Notes: a model not told the origin generated them from the letters alone. 64,000 nt of DNA from Selaginella moellendorffii (GCF_000143415.4 NW_003314321.1:62001-126000); one strand, 5' to 3'. Counted from the stretch's first letter, positions 11,983 to 24,662 are shown. Translations and numbers: made by a program.

Positions 11983-12099
11983 ACTCACTCAAAATCAAAA
12001 CCAAATGGAAGAATCATCACAGTGGCAGCCCTTTTCATAGTGGAGCTGGCATCCAGGATTATCACCTTACCATCGCGTCTTTGTTTACGAATTCCAATG

Positions 12100-13858
12100 T
12101 TACAAGCTCTGTGTTACCTGAGCTGGTTTGGGCCTCGAAACAATACAAACCCCGTGATTAGCTCCACAAGAAACACCCAACACTTCTACCGGAGTTTTCT
12201 CATGAAGAGCCTGTGGAAATTGTACCAAAACGGGATCTAGTTGCTCATCCTTAAGTCCAGGAATTCCGAGCTGGTAGTCGCGATTCTTTCCCCACGTATA
12301 TAGATCCCCATTCTCTGAAAGCATATGAGCATTTCTTGCAAGAAAAAAAGGAAAGGCTACTAACCAGTGATTGCTGCTGTCCAAGCCGGTCCGCAAGCAA
12401 TGTAAGTGCATGTTTTATCAGCCATAGCCTCGACAATAGCCGGCTCTTTCCCGTTTTCCAAAGTCCCATGACCAAGTTGGCCATTTCCACCATATCCCCA
12501 TGTAATCACTTTCCCGTCCTCTAAGCGAAACATAGAATGTTACGTACCAACAAGAAAAAACCAAGGCAAGAACTTACGAGTGAGAGCAGCGGCATGGAAT
12601 CCACCACAAGCTACTTGCACTAGAGTCACATCTTCCAGAGCGGCTACAACCTTGGGCTTCCAGTTATTCGCTCTCGTTCCATGGCCAAGCTCATGGTTTG
12701 CATTCCCTGAACAGAATCAACACCAGTCTCCCCAGTTTTCAGGAAAAGAAAAATACCTCCCCAGGACCATAATTGGCCCGACTTAGTGAGAGCCATTGTG
12801 AAAAATCCCCCGCAATAAACCGAGGCGATGGGAACGTCTAGCGCTTGGACCTTCGTCGGCCTGCTCAATGCACCTTCGTCCATGATGTCCGGGTTTCCAT
12901 GCCCGAGCCTTCCTTCACCCTCGTCTCTTCCCCATGTGTAAAGCTCGCCTTTACAGAAGAAAGAAGAAGAAAACAATCAGACTCCCTCAAGAAAAAAGAG
13001 AACTTTGCTTACCACTTTCCGTGACTGCGGCACTGTGCGATCCCCCGGCCGAAACGTGAACTATCCTGTCTTTCCACGGGCCCTCCAACAATCTGGGAAG
13101 AAGCTCTCGCTCGTATGATCCATGGCCTAGAGCACCAAAAGCCCCGTACCCCCTGCAAGCTTTGGCATCAACACATCTCAAACGCAAGAACAAGAAAAGA
13201 AGAAATCAAAAACCAAGGATGATCTCACGTACCATGTATACACATTTCCAACCTCCGTGAGAGCGATGTTGTGCAATCCTCCAGCGCTCGCCATTTGGAC
13301 CCTCTTGATCCTGGGATTCACGTAAGGCTTGTACTGGTTAAACTCCGTGTCTATGCCCAGCCTTCCACCATCGCCCTTCCCCCACACAAAAACATCCTGC
13401 TCGGCGAAGAGCACCGAATGGAAGAGCCCGCAAGTCACTCCAACGTTTCCCAGCCGGGGCTTGGCCTTCTCCACAAAGAGCGATGGATCCACGCCACCAC
13501 CACCGCCACCACCACCGGCGGCGGCCCTCTTAAAAACGCCACACCTCTCAAGAACATCCAGCCTCACCTCCTCGGCCTGCGCGGCCACTTCCATGTCCAC
13601 CGGCATTCTCCCCTGGATTGGAGCCATCCCTGTGAATGCCGCGAGCTTGAGCGTGGAGATTAGCACCGGCAGCTTCTCCGTGTCCTCGGATCCATGTCCG
13701 ACTTGCCCGTGAGTCCCCCGCCCCCACGCCCATACCTCCAGCTCCGCCGGCTCGCCGCTGCTCACTCGATCCGCCAGATATCCTATCCGCCGCCGCTGGA
13801 GCGATCCAAATGCGAGGTGCGATGGCGCTGCTCGCCGCAGCATCGCGCTCCACGCCAT
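12100..13858 (-). CDS. RUG3: RCC1/UVR8-like repeat protein, probable RUG3 orthologue with mitochondrial-type presequence
   Basis: WGRGTHGQVG, CGLFHS, WGKGDGGRLG, GYGAFGALGH...RELLPR, WGRDEGEGRLG and CGGFFTMALT match recalled Arabidopsis RUG3 blocks. Arg/Ala-rich N-terminus. Confidence 0.85.
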
Positions 13859-13950
13859 CGAGAACCCTAAAACCCTAAACCCCCCACTCGACGATATTCG
13901 TAGAATATGCCCTTTAAAACCCTAAAACCCTTGGGGCATTTTTAGGGTTT
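13859..13950. promoter_or_regulatory. 92-bp head-to-head spacer with three telo-boxes (AAACCCTAA)
   Basis: AAACCCTAA at 13870 and 13917, and TTAGGGTTT at 13942, between the RUG3 and MPP10 start codons. Confidence 0.7.
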
Positions 13951-16148
13951 ATGGCGCTCGATGGCGCGGAGGTGGCTGCTGTGCGCGATTCTGAGGCCAG
14001 CGCGTGGCTGGATGCGTCGCCGGAGCTTGTGAGCAGTGCCAGATCTTTGTCCGAGCAGATATTCGCGCTCGCTGTCAGGTATTTTCCCAGGAATCCGCTA
14101 CGCCGGCTGCTTACGCAGGGATTCGACGCCGAGCAGATATGGCAGCAGATCGAGATCCAGGATCGGCAGCTTCTTTCGTCCGTGAGGAGGCAGATCAGGG
14201 ATTTGGAGAAGTTGGACGCTGCCGGGGATTTTTTTGGATTGGGAAATGCTGTTGCTGAGGAGCAAGAGAACGGAAAGGCGGAGGCTAGTGATGATTCTCT
14301 TAGTGAGGAGGACAAGGAAACTGAGGGAGAGGAAGTGTCTGATGAAGAGGAGGAAGAGGCGGAGGCTGGAGTGTCGAATGTTTTGGAGGACAAGTTCTTG
14401 AAGCTCAAGGATATGGATAGATTTTTGCTGGATGCTGAGGAAGAATACCAACGGGGGGACGAGGCTCCTGAAAAGGATGAAGAGGAGGATGACGAGGAGG
14501 ATGACGAGGACGATGGTGCGGATTCTGACGACGGAGATAAAGATATAAGGTAACTCGATATTGATTTTCTCTTGCTGAGACCTTTTTAGATACGAGGATT
14601 TCTATGGAATGATCAAGAGCAAGGAAAAGAGCCAAAGTAAAGATCATGACAAGGAACAAGAAGAAGAACCAGATGATGATGACGATGATGATGATGAACA
14701 AGGGGAAGACGCAGAAGAAGAGGATAATGAAGAGGACGAAGGACAACAAGAACAAGGAGGTAAAAGCGAGAGGCTGCAAGAAAAATCTTCGCATGAAAAA
14801 CAACTGGAGAAGACGCAAAAGCGTATCGAGCTGCTGGAAAAGGCTAACATGGATCCAAAAGACTGGACAATGCGTGGAGAGGTAATTCACGCATGTTTTT
14901 CCATGTTTCTGATACAAGTTCTCTTAGATTACGGCAGCCAAACGACCCAAGAACAGCGCGCTTGAAGCTGATTTGGATTTCGAGCATAACGCGCGACCTG
15001 CACCTATAATCACCGAAGAAGTCACGACTTCTCTCGAAGATCTCATTCGGCGTCGTATAATTGACGTACGCCTTTCTTCGTCGCAAAGGCTTCAACGCTT
15101 AAAACTGTATTTTGTTTCAGGGCCTGTTCGATGATGTTGAAAGGAAGCAAAAACTACCAGATGTGCCTCTTGCGCAAAAGATGGAAATCGTAAGTCGATT
15201 GTGTGTTCTAAGCGTACAAGTCTAACGTCGAAACTTCTAATTTCTTACAGGATGAAAGCAAAAGCACGAAGGGATTGGGTGAATTATACGAGGTATTTAT
15301 CAACGTGAAACTTCCTGCAATCTTTTGATCTGTTTCGTTTTTTCTTGTTTCAGGAGGAATACATGCAATCTGCAGGGCTTGCATCAGCTCCGGAAACCGA
15401 AGCAGATAAACTGAAACAAGAGGTTTTGTTCTCTTTCACTCATTGTGGCTGTTACCTACTCTCTGCTAATGCAGGCAAGAGATGTGTTTAAAAGGTTATG
15501 CATAAAACTGGATGCGCTGGCTCACTTCCATTTCGCTCCAAAACCTGTAAGGACTTCTTCGTGATATCATGTGGCTAAGGCTGGCTGTGCAGGTGATAGA
15601 AGACATGGCTGTCAAAGATGTTCCAGCGCTTGCTATGGAAGAGGTGTGTTTGCGTTTTAAAAGTGCTTGAGACTGAGCTCTATGGTTGCTCTAGGTGGCG
15701 CCTGTGTTCGTTTCGGACGCATCGATGTTAGCCCCGGAGGAGATGTTTAGCGGTAAAGGAGCAGTAAAAGACGAGAAGGAGCTCGAGAAAGGCGATAGGA
15801 AGAGGAGGCGTGCCTCAAAGAAGCGTAAATATAAAGGTGGGATGGTGTCATATCGCAGGAATATGATGTTCTTACGCAAAGTGTTTCAGCTCAACAAAAA
15901 GCCCAAGCTCTGCCTAAAAGGCCTCGAGCGGATGACAAAACTGAAGAACAGCTTTCCGCAGCTCCTAAGAAGAAGCAAACTTCCGACTTCGTGAAATCTG
16001 CCAAGGTGAGAATTCGCAAGTTTGCAGTCCTGTATTGAGCGTTGTGCTAATTCTGCAGGTTTTTGCGGAGCTTGACCGGCAAAAAACTCAGCCCGCTGCC
16101 AAAGCTAAGATTGAAAAGTCGATGCAACCTTCCTCTTTCAAGCTCTAG
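13951..16148 (+). CDS. MPP10: U3 snoRNP protein MPP10, multi-exon
   Basis: [10 protein letters not shown], long acidic tracts, WTMRGE|[40 protein letters not shown]...MLAPEE, C-terminal SSFKL*. Confidence 0.92.
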
Positions 16149-16388
16149 CCAGTGATCACCTTTGGTAAGAAGCTTTTTTCGCTAGCAATCTGCTCTAACT
16201 CCTGTTATTCTGATTAAGGCATTAAAATGTACGTGGAATGGCTCGCAATTTTCCGAGGCTTTCGTCCGGGGAGCTTTCTTCTGATCACTCCTACACTGAG
16301 TGATTAGAACGAAAGAATTCTAGGTAGCTTTGAGCAATCCAAAAGGATCTTAAACAAAAATGTAAAAGTCACAGGATGGAACAGGATG

Positions 16389-18470
16389 CCAAAGTTATGC
16401 CTGGCGTGTGCCATCCAGCCGATGCTTCACGCTCTTTAAAGCTCTCAGCTCACCAGCTAGGACGGCTGCAGCTAGAAGTTGTCTACTTCTCGACCTCCAT
16501 GAGTGTTGATTTAGTTCCTGCGAGACGGTGTTAGAAGGATAAAAGCTCGAGAGAAGGGCCCAACCAAGATTGATTTTTCATGCGTCTCGATTCGCCGTGC
16601 TACTTCCAGGCACACAGGAGAACCATGAAGTGGTTTTTGACCCCTGAGAAGCACAAACAATTAGTCTCTTCAAAGAAAAAGGAATGTTTTACAGCGTGTT
16701 TCCGCCAAGTTGATCTTTAAGTATCGTGTTCATTTCCGGGAATTGCGTCAATAGATCAGTCTGCAGTTTGTGAAAATTGATTCAGCACCACACCTCTTCG
16801 CACGCTCATTACCTCGTCATACGGATTTTCAGGCACAGCGAAGCCATAATCAAGTGCAAGCTCTGCGTTTGAAAGATCACCATAGTTTATCCAAATCTGC
16901 GAGGCCGAATGAAACATGAAAACAAAACAAAGACCACTGCCTTTACCTGATCGTTTTCAGCATAGTCTCTGTCCGCTGTAACCTGCTTGTGGTAAGGAAA
17001 AGAAAAAGAAAGAAGTTCAGGCGTATCTTACAACTGCGTAGTTGAGAAGCCCGTTAAATGAGAGCTTCGCAAAGCTGGTTGCGTTGTGGTTGAAAAAATC
17101 GAGCATTGGTATCTGCTAACGCCGCGTTATAATGTACACAAGGAAGTAAACAGAAATAAAGAGAGACATACCATTACTAATGTCGAGTCCTCTCCAATGG
17201 CTAGTGAACGAGAAAAGACTGCAAAGGAAGGACGAACAAAACTAGCAAGAAACAAGCTTGCCTCCTGTACCTGTGGCGTATACATGCTTGAAGTCTTCAA
17301 GAGACACTTTACCGAATAGTTGAGGCCAAACATCAAGTGCCTGCTCAAGTACAAAGGCAAGTACGTCAGAAACGCTTACAAAAACCCTTAAAGCATCAAA
17401 GTACAAAAGTCCTTGAAACCATTCGGAAAATAAACAAACAGTAAAAAAGAAGTGAATGAAAGCTTGCAAAATAGAAAACTACCCAAAGTACTTACGTTTT
17501 GCACTTGGCCAAACTCAGTTGTTATCATTTCCAGCCGCTCACGAGTCTTGCCGTATAAAGGGCTCGCCCTCAAGTAACTTAGCTCGGTGTCCTCCCAAAG
17601 AAACTACGCACTTGAAAATTTTGAGAAACAAAAACTCGATAGTCGAGTACCGTGTTGTCGAGCTCCGCTGGTTCAGGAAGACACGAGATGTATGGTGCCC
17701 AAGCTGACGACTGGAGCTCTTGCGAGAAAAAATTAGCAAAGCGAAGACGAAAATGTTGAGAGTAAACTTGCCTGGCCTTTGTAACGTTCCATGAGGACAA
17801 TAAGAGCAAGTTTGGTCCACGGCTTAACAGTGCTGGACAAAACCGTGCTGAGCTCGCCAGGAAGATCACTAGGAGCTATCATCTGGGCGAAACAAGAACC
17901 AACATTAAGAGGAAAAGAAGAAAGGACCAAACAACACAGACCAAGTCTAGAGAAATTTCCAGCACGCGTTCTCCCGCACGAACTGGACGGCTCGCAAACA
18001 ATCCCCTGCGTCATAGACTCACTCATCAATGAATCAAAAGGAAAAAAAAATAAAACCACGAACTCCACCGCTACTCGACCTGCCTGCCAGATTCTTGCGA
18101 TGTCCCAATGCGCACCGCCGATAGATCGCCATCATCGTTCCGGCTCGCGAGCCACGACATAAATCCTGCGTAGCCATTGCTCAGCTTCCGCGGCGCCTGG
18201 TTCTGGAATGATCAAGCCAAGAACTCGCGAAAGCGATCGACAATCGATCTATCAGCGTACCTGAAGCGCGCAAAACCTCCTCGAAATCGATCCAGCCGCG
18301 CCGGGAGGAAGAAGAATCCTGGGCGTCGCCACAGGCGCCCACATTTCTCTTCTCCAAATCCAAAATATAGGTTTTCCTACCACGTCACTGCATTGCCTTG
18401 CCACGTCATGGGAAAGCGTCGCTGATGTGGCAGATTCTCGTGCTCGCCACGTATTCAGTGCCTGCCATGT
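16389..18470. repeat. Right arm of a ~2-kb inverted segmental duplication (left arm ~7020-9032)
   Basis: Reverse-complement identity over introns, exons and flanks, also seen in mirrored ORF pairs such as 7588-7869/17539-17820. Confidence 0.95.
16560..18344 (-). CDS. SET-domain protein lysine methyltransferase (Rubisco LSMT/SETD3-like), apparently intact, multi-exon; 3' end approximate
   Basis: Spliced motifs GR|GLFASRPVRAGE, WAPYISCLP, FLWEDTEL, PMLDFFNH, INYGDLSNAELALDYGF...ENPYDE. Transit-peptide-like start MWAPVATPR. Confidence 0.8.
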
Positions 18471-18517
18471 GGCATAATCCATTTTCTTGGCGTGTAATTT
18501 AGGGCATCTCGGCCGCG

Positions 18518-19591
18518 ATGGAGAGCAAGAAGCGCAAGGCGGAGGAGGATCCGGGCGGCGATGCCGGCGGAGTGGAGCAGCCGGATCTCGATAGCGCCGA
18601 CGTTCTCAAGCTCCTGGAGCCGCTGGATCGCGGCGCCATGCACTACATCCTCCAGATTTCTTGCTTGCAGCACCCGGCTGTTCTGGAAGAGGTCCGGAGG
18701 TACGTGGACAGGGATCCCGCGCACCGCAAGCTCTTCGTGCGGGGATTGGGCTGGGACACCACCACCGAGACGCTCAAGGGCGTCTTCTCGCAATCCGGGG
18801 AGGTGGACGAGGCCGTGATCATCCGGGACAAGGCCACGCAAAAGAGCCGGGGATTCGGCTTCGTCAGTTTCAAGCATATGGATGGAGCTCTGCGCGCGCT
18901 CAAGGAGCCGAGCAAGAGGATCGATGGAAGAATGACCGCTTGCCAGTTCGCGTCAACCTCTTCTTCCTCCACTCCTTGCTCTTCGATCACTCCATCCATG
19001 AATCCTCCCCCGCCGAGGCCATTCATCGAAGACGTCTCCACCAGGAAGATCTACGTCGGGAGTGTTCCAGTGGGGACGAGCGCGGACAAGGTGCTGGCCA
19101 TCTTCTCCCAATTTGGAGAGATCGCCGAGGGGCCGCTGGGATTCGACCGCTCCACTGGAGCTTCCAAGGGATTCGCGCTCATCATCTTCAGAACCTCCGA
19201 GGGAGCGCGCAAGGCGCTGCTGGATCCTTTCAAGACGATCGATGGCCACCAAGTTCATTGCAAGCTCGCCGCCGAGGGGCTGGCCAAGCAGCAGCAAATC
19301 AAGCACGATCAAGCGTCCATGGATCATCACCACCATCAAGCCATGCGGCCTTTGATGGCTCCAGCGATCGCTCACAACACCATGAAACAAGCTCCTCATC
19401 CTCTCGTCAACTATCACTACGTCCAAGCTCCTCCGCCATCTTCGAGGGCGGGATCATACAACTATCCGGCAGCGTTTGGAGGACAAGCCGCCTCTCAGGG
19501 GCAGTATTATGGGATTCACCCCGGCTATGGAGTTTCGTATCCCGCAAGTGGAGTTCCAGTGGCGAGCGTTCCATCGGGTTACAGCAGCTAA
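18518..19591 (+). CDS. UBP1-associated protein 2 (UBA2)-like RNA-binding protein with two RRMs
   Basis: DRDPAHRKLFVRGLGWDTT, RGFGFVSF, KIYVGSVP, EGPLGFDRSTGASKGFALI. Intronless, 357 aa. Confidence 0.92.
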   Translation: MESKKRKAEEDPGGDAGGVEQPDLDSADVLKLLEPLDRGAMHYILQISCLQHPAVLEEVRRYVDRDPAHRKLFVRGLGWDTTTETLKGVFSQSGEVDEAVIIRDKATQKSRGFGFVSFKHMDGALRALKEPSKRIDGRMTACQFASTSSSSTPCSSITPSMNPPPPRPFIEDVSTRKIYVGSVPVGTSADKVLAIFSQFGEIAEGPLGFDRSTGASKGFALIIFRTSEGARKALLDPFKTIDGHQVHCKLAAEGLAKQQQIKHDQASMDHHHHQAMRPLMAPAIAHNTMKQAPHPLVNYHYVQAPPPSSRAGSYNYPAAFGGQAASQGQYYGIHPGYGVSYPASGVPVASVPSGYSS

Positions 19592-19968
19592 AATCTATAG
19601 AGAGGTACGTGATGTAGAAACAAAGATCACTTTCTCGCAATAGTTTTGGTTCTTGGTTCGGACTGACTTAAAACAAGTTGGCTCTCCCTCACAGCAATTT
19701 ATTCTTTTTAAAAAGATAGTTTTAGTTCAATTTTTTAACAATTAGTTCGTTCTTTTGTAAAAGATAAGACTTTTTAATATCAAAATGCATTTGAAGATAC
19801 GGTCTAGCTCTGATTGCTGATTGATTTCAGCAAATACCGGGATCAAGATCTCCTCTTGCTGTCATGTCGCTTCCGCTAGATCTAATCCAACACGCTATCT
19901 TCTACTAGGTCCAACTTGCGTGCTGGATCTTATCGCTCATAAGTTCATACCTGTGTGAGTTCCAGAAC

Positions 19969-21490
19969 ATGGCAGCCCTCGTGGTAACTCTTTTGATTGT
20001 GCTGCTCCCTCTCCTATTGTGGTGGCTTCGCATCTATCAGAGCAAGAAAAATGTAGCGCCAGGGCCTTTAGCGATTCCACTTTTGGGCCATCTTCACTTG
20101 CTGGGAAGGCATCCACACAAAGCCCTGTCTATTCTCTCCAAGAAGTTTGGATCTGTCATGAGCATCAATCTAGGCTCTGTTCCAACGCTTGTAATCTCTT
20201 CTCCAGATGCTGCAAAAACCATTCTCTCCACGCAGGACATCTTCTTTGCATCCAGGCCAAGGACTGCCGCTGCCAAGTTTATCTTCTTCAACGCAAGGGA
20301 TATGGTGTGGTGCGAGTATGGATCGTACTGGAGGACAATGAAGAAGGTTAGTACTCTGGAGCTCTTCACGGCCAAGAGGGTGGAGGAGTCAAAGAAGCTG
20401 AGGATGGAAGAGATTTCTCGGCTTGTGACCTCTATTGCTCGGGAGGGTGACAATGGAAGGGTTGCTATTGACATGAATGCCAAATTGTCAATGACTAACA
20501 TGAACTTGGTGAGTTTTATGGCATTCAGCCAGAGGTTTGAGGAATCCTCATTTGTGGAGCTCTTGCAAGAGGCAATTGATCTTGTGACTAGTTTTGTTCC
20601 CAGTGATTACTTCCCCTATCTCAGCTGGATGGATGATTACCTGGGCACTGTTCCAAAGATGAAAGCCGTACAGGGCAAGCTTGACAAGATATTCCAGGCA
20701 ATCATCGACGAGCACAGACGTGTAAATGGGGAGAAACAACGAGCTCCAGATCTTGTCGATGTGCTGCTCTCGCTGGATGAAGTAGATGACAATGATCGAA
20801 AGGGCTTGATCATGGTGAGTGAAAGTCCTAAGATCTTCAGAAAATATCATCTTTTCTTGCTTCTAGGATATGTTTGGTGCTGGAATTGATACCTCTTCCA
20901 TCACCACGGAGTGGGCTCTCTCAGAACTCATACGCAATCCAGCTTGCATGCTGAAAGCCCAGCGCGAGATTGACCAGGCCGTGGGGTTTGACCGAGCCGT
21001 GAACGAAGATGATCTCCTCAACCTCGGCTACGTTAGAGCGATTGCCAAGGAGACCTTCCGCTTGCACCCGCCGGTCCCGCTGCTGATCCCGCACGAGTCA
21101 ACGCAAGAGTCTCTGGTCAACGGGCTCCGCGTTCCCGCCAGAACCAGGGCCACGGTCAACGTGTGGTCAATCGGGAGGGATCCAAGGTGGTGGGAGCGTC
21201 CGGAGGTGTTTGATCCGGACAGGTTTGCTGCGAGGAGTGTGATTGATGTCAAAGGGCAGCACTTTGAGCTTCTTCCGTTTGGATCTGGGCGGAGGATGTG
21301 CCCGGCGATGGGCTTGGGATTGGCCATGGTTGAACTCTCACTTGCGAGGTTGATCCAGGGATTCGAGTGGAATTTGCCAGCAGGACTGCAAGAGCTGAAT
21401 ATGGAGGAGGAATTTGGGGTGACGCTCCGGAAGAGAGTGCATCTGAGTGCTCTTGCAATGCCCCGTTTGAAGGCAGAGCTTTACGTTTAG
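19969..21490 (+). CDS. Cytochrome P450, A-type (CYP71 clan); exons 19969-20814 and 20867-21490, 489 aa
   Basis: TM anchor plus PGP hinge, AGIDTS I-helix, ETFR, PDRF, heme motif PFGSGRRMCPA. 52-bp GT-AG intron. Confidence 0.95.
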
Positions 21491-22169
21491 AATGTAATTT
21501 CGTTTCCCATCTGTATATCTGTAACTTTGAAAGTTAATCGAGAAAATATCGAAGCTCTTGAAGATTGGCAGGACGGCTGGTTTTCACGATGAATCAAGCG
21601 CATAAATAAATAATTTTCTTATGTTTAATCATTCACTTGCAGACTAATCCTAAGATATGTCCTTCTCTATCTTCTTCAAAGTGGTGTTTGAGCTACAAAA
21701 CAAGAAGATACAGAAGAAGCAACAAGAAGAACCAGATTTCAAGCAGTCCAGGAACAAGGTTTTACGCTAATCAAATTAGTAAATTTGGGATTTGAGCCAG
21801 AAGCTAGAGTGGGAAACTTGAGACAAGCGTCTCTCCAAGCTTAACTGAATCATTTTATTGTCTGCGTATAAAACCCTCCTAAGTATGAGACTGGTGTATT
21901 GAGATAGGCTGCTTGGATGATAGTTGCCGCCGTTCACCGGCCAACATTATTGGTTGTGGTGGTTGTGGCCTCCCCCATTGCTTGAGTCTTTACGAATCTT
22001 GTCCTCACGCGTGTAATTGGGGAGTGGAGCTCCAAAGTCCAAGTTGGCGTTTCCCAGCTTGACATTTTGGAAGGTAAACTCGCCATGTTGCAAAAGGCAA
22101 AGATCAGTCATTTTCCATTTATTGGACACCTTACTCTCGTGCCATAAAAAACATTCAGCTTTCGTACCA

Positions 22170-23692
22170 ATGGAAGACATGGCAGCCCTCATTGTAGCTC
22201 TTTTGATTGTGCTACTCCCATTATTATGGTGGTGGCTTTGCAGCAAGAAAAATGTAGCCCCAGGGCCTTTGGCGATCCCACTCTTGGGCCATCTTCACTT
22301 GCTGGGAAGGCATCCACACAAATCCCTCTGTAGTCTCTCCAAGAAATATGGATCTGTCATGAGCATCGATCTAGGCTCTGTTTCAACGCTTGTAATCTCT
22401 TCTCCAGATGCTGCAAAAGCCATTCTCTCCACGCAGGACATCTTCTTTGCATCCAGGCCAAGGACTGCTGCTGCCAAGCATATCTTTTTCAACGCAAGGG
22501 ATATGGTGTGGTGCGAGTATGGATCTTACTGGAGGACAATGAAGAAGGTTTGTACTCTGGAGCTCTTCACTGCCAAGAGGGTGGAGGAGTCAAAGAAGCT
22601 GAGGGTGGAAGAGATTTCTCGTCTTGTGACCTCTATTGCTTGGGAGGGTGACAATGGAAGGGTTGGGATTGACATGAATGCCAAACTGTCAATGACCAAC
22701 ATGAACTTGGTGAGTTTCATGGCATTCAGCCGGAGGTTTGAGGAATCCTCGTTTGTGGATCTCTTGCAAGAGGCGATTGGTCTTGTGACTGGTTTTGTTC
22801 CCAGTGATTACTTCCCCTATCTCGGCTGGATGGATGATTACCTGGGCACTGTTCCAAAGATGAAAGCCGTACAGGGCAAACTTGACAAGATATTCCAGGC
22901 AATCATCGATGAGCACAGTAAATGCGGAGAAACAACGAGCTCCAGATCTTGTCGATGTGCTGCTCTCGCTGGATGAAGTAGATGACAATGATCGAAAGGG
23001 CCTGATCATGGTGAGTGAAAGTCCTAAGATCTTCAGAAAATATCGTTTCTTGCTTCTAGGATATGTTTGGTGCTGGAATTGATACCTCTTCCATCACCAC
23101 GGAGTGGGCTCTCTCGGAACTCATACGCAATCCAGCTTGCATGCTCAAAGCCCAGCGGGAGATTGACCAGGCCGTGGGGTTTGACCGAGCCGTCAACGAA
23201 GATGATCTCTCTAATCTCGGCTACGTCAGAGCGATTGCCAAGGAGACGCTACGCTTGCACCCGCCGGTCCCGCTGCTGGTTCCGCATGAGTCAACGCAAG
23301 AGTGCATGATCAACGGGTTCCGCGTTCCCGCCAGAACCAGGGCCACGGTCAACGTGTGGTCAATCGGGAGGGACCCAAGGTGGTGGGAGCGTCCGGAGGT
23401 GTTTGATCCGGACAGGTTTGCTGCAAGGAGTGCGATTGATGTCAAAGGGCAGCATTTCGAGCCGCTTCCATTTGGATCCGGGCGCAGGATGTGCCCAGGG
23501 ATGGGCTTGGGATTGGCCATGGTGGAGCTCTCCCTGGCGAGGTTGATCCAGGGATTTGAGTGGACTTTAGCACCAGGACTGCAAGAGCTGGATATGGAGG
23601 AGGAGTTTGGGGTGACGCTCCAGAGGAGAGTGCCTCTCAGAGCTCTTGCAATTCCCCGTATGAAGGCAGAGCTTTATGGAGGGATATGCTAG
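22170..23692 (+). pseudogene. Tandem CYP duplicate carrying a 5-bp frameshifting deletion
   Basis: Highly similar to 19969-21490 with the same intron. gagcacag[acgtg]taaatg has lost acgtg at ~22918, and FELLPFG is FEPLPFG. Confidence 0.8.
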
Positions 23693-23792
23693 TATATTCT
23701 AGCTGCCATCAAACGCCATAAGCAAAATTAAATCCATTAAAGTCTTTTAAAAGGTAAGCAAAAAAGCTTTTGTTTAGGGTTCTATTGCGGCA

Positions 23793-24558
23793 ATGGGCTG
23801 GAAAGAATCGGACTTGGTGGTGGATTTGGATCCTCCGGATGAAGAGTGCCCGATCTGCATCAGCTCGCTCCAAGGTGACGAGGTCGTCGTCGAGCTCTCT
23901 CGATGCAACCATCACTTCCACCGCAAATGCGTCACATCTTGGTTCCGCTCTCGCCCTAGCTGCCCAACTTGCCTCCGTCCGTACGGGATCTTCACCGGAA
24001 CCCAGCCCCGGGGATCCATGTTCGTACAGATGGAGAGCAATTGGAGCTGTGCAGGGTTTCCATTGCACGGTGTTATCACGATTAATTACCACTTCCCAAA
24101 TGGAATCCAGGTTTGCTCTTCCAACTTAATTCTTATTTATTAATTTTTTCTATTATTATTATGATTATTATTATAGGGGCCGGAGCATCCCAATCCTGGG
24201 CATCACTACAAAGGGACTGTACGAACGGCATTTTTGCCTGATAATGAAGAAGGGCGAGATATATTGAGGCTCTTGAAGATAGCATGGAAGCGAAGGCTGG
24301 TTTTCACTGTGGGGACGTCAATTACCACAGGTTTAAGTAACTGTGTAATGTAAGTGACTTTTTTTCTTACCATTTAAACTTATAATTAAAATGCAGCTGG
24401 AATGGCATCCACCACAAGACTCAGTACGAAGGCACATACGGATATGTAAGTAATTTTCTCTTGTTTACTTAGGTGATGTTTGGTAAATTTTCTTGCAGCC
24501 AGATGCGACTTATCTCAGTAGAGTAAGGCAGGAACTCGCTGCATTGGGCGTTTTTTAA
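23793..24558 (+). CDS. Deltex-type E3 ligase (RING-H2 + Deltex C-terminal domain), 199 aa; exons 23793-24110, 24177-24349, 24397-24445, 24499-24558
   Basis: CPIC...CNHHFHRKC...CPTC followed by YGIFTGTQPRGSM, GIQ|GPEHPNPG, RTAFLPDNEEG, FTVGTSITTG, WNGIHHKT, YGYPDATYLSRVRQELAALGV. All introns are GT-AG and frame-consistent. Confidence 0.9.
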
Positions 24559-24662
24559 CGTAAAACTCTAGCTGCCACGTGGACGGTTGTAATTCAAACT
24601 CAAATGCGTAGTGAAGAAAAAGAATATTCTTCAGGATCTTAGGGTTTGAGAAGGGCTTTAGT

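Noticed and set aside
18661-19617. Long alternate-frame or antisense ORFs over UBA2-like (similarly over LTA2, NHR2-like, GH3)
   Set aside because: Shadow ORFs of GC-rich coding sequence with no motifs.
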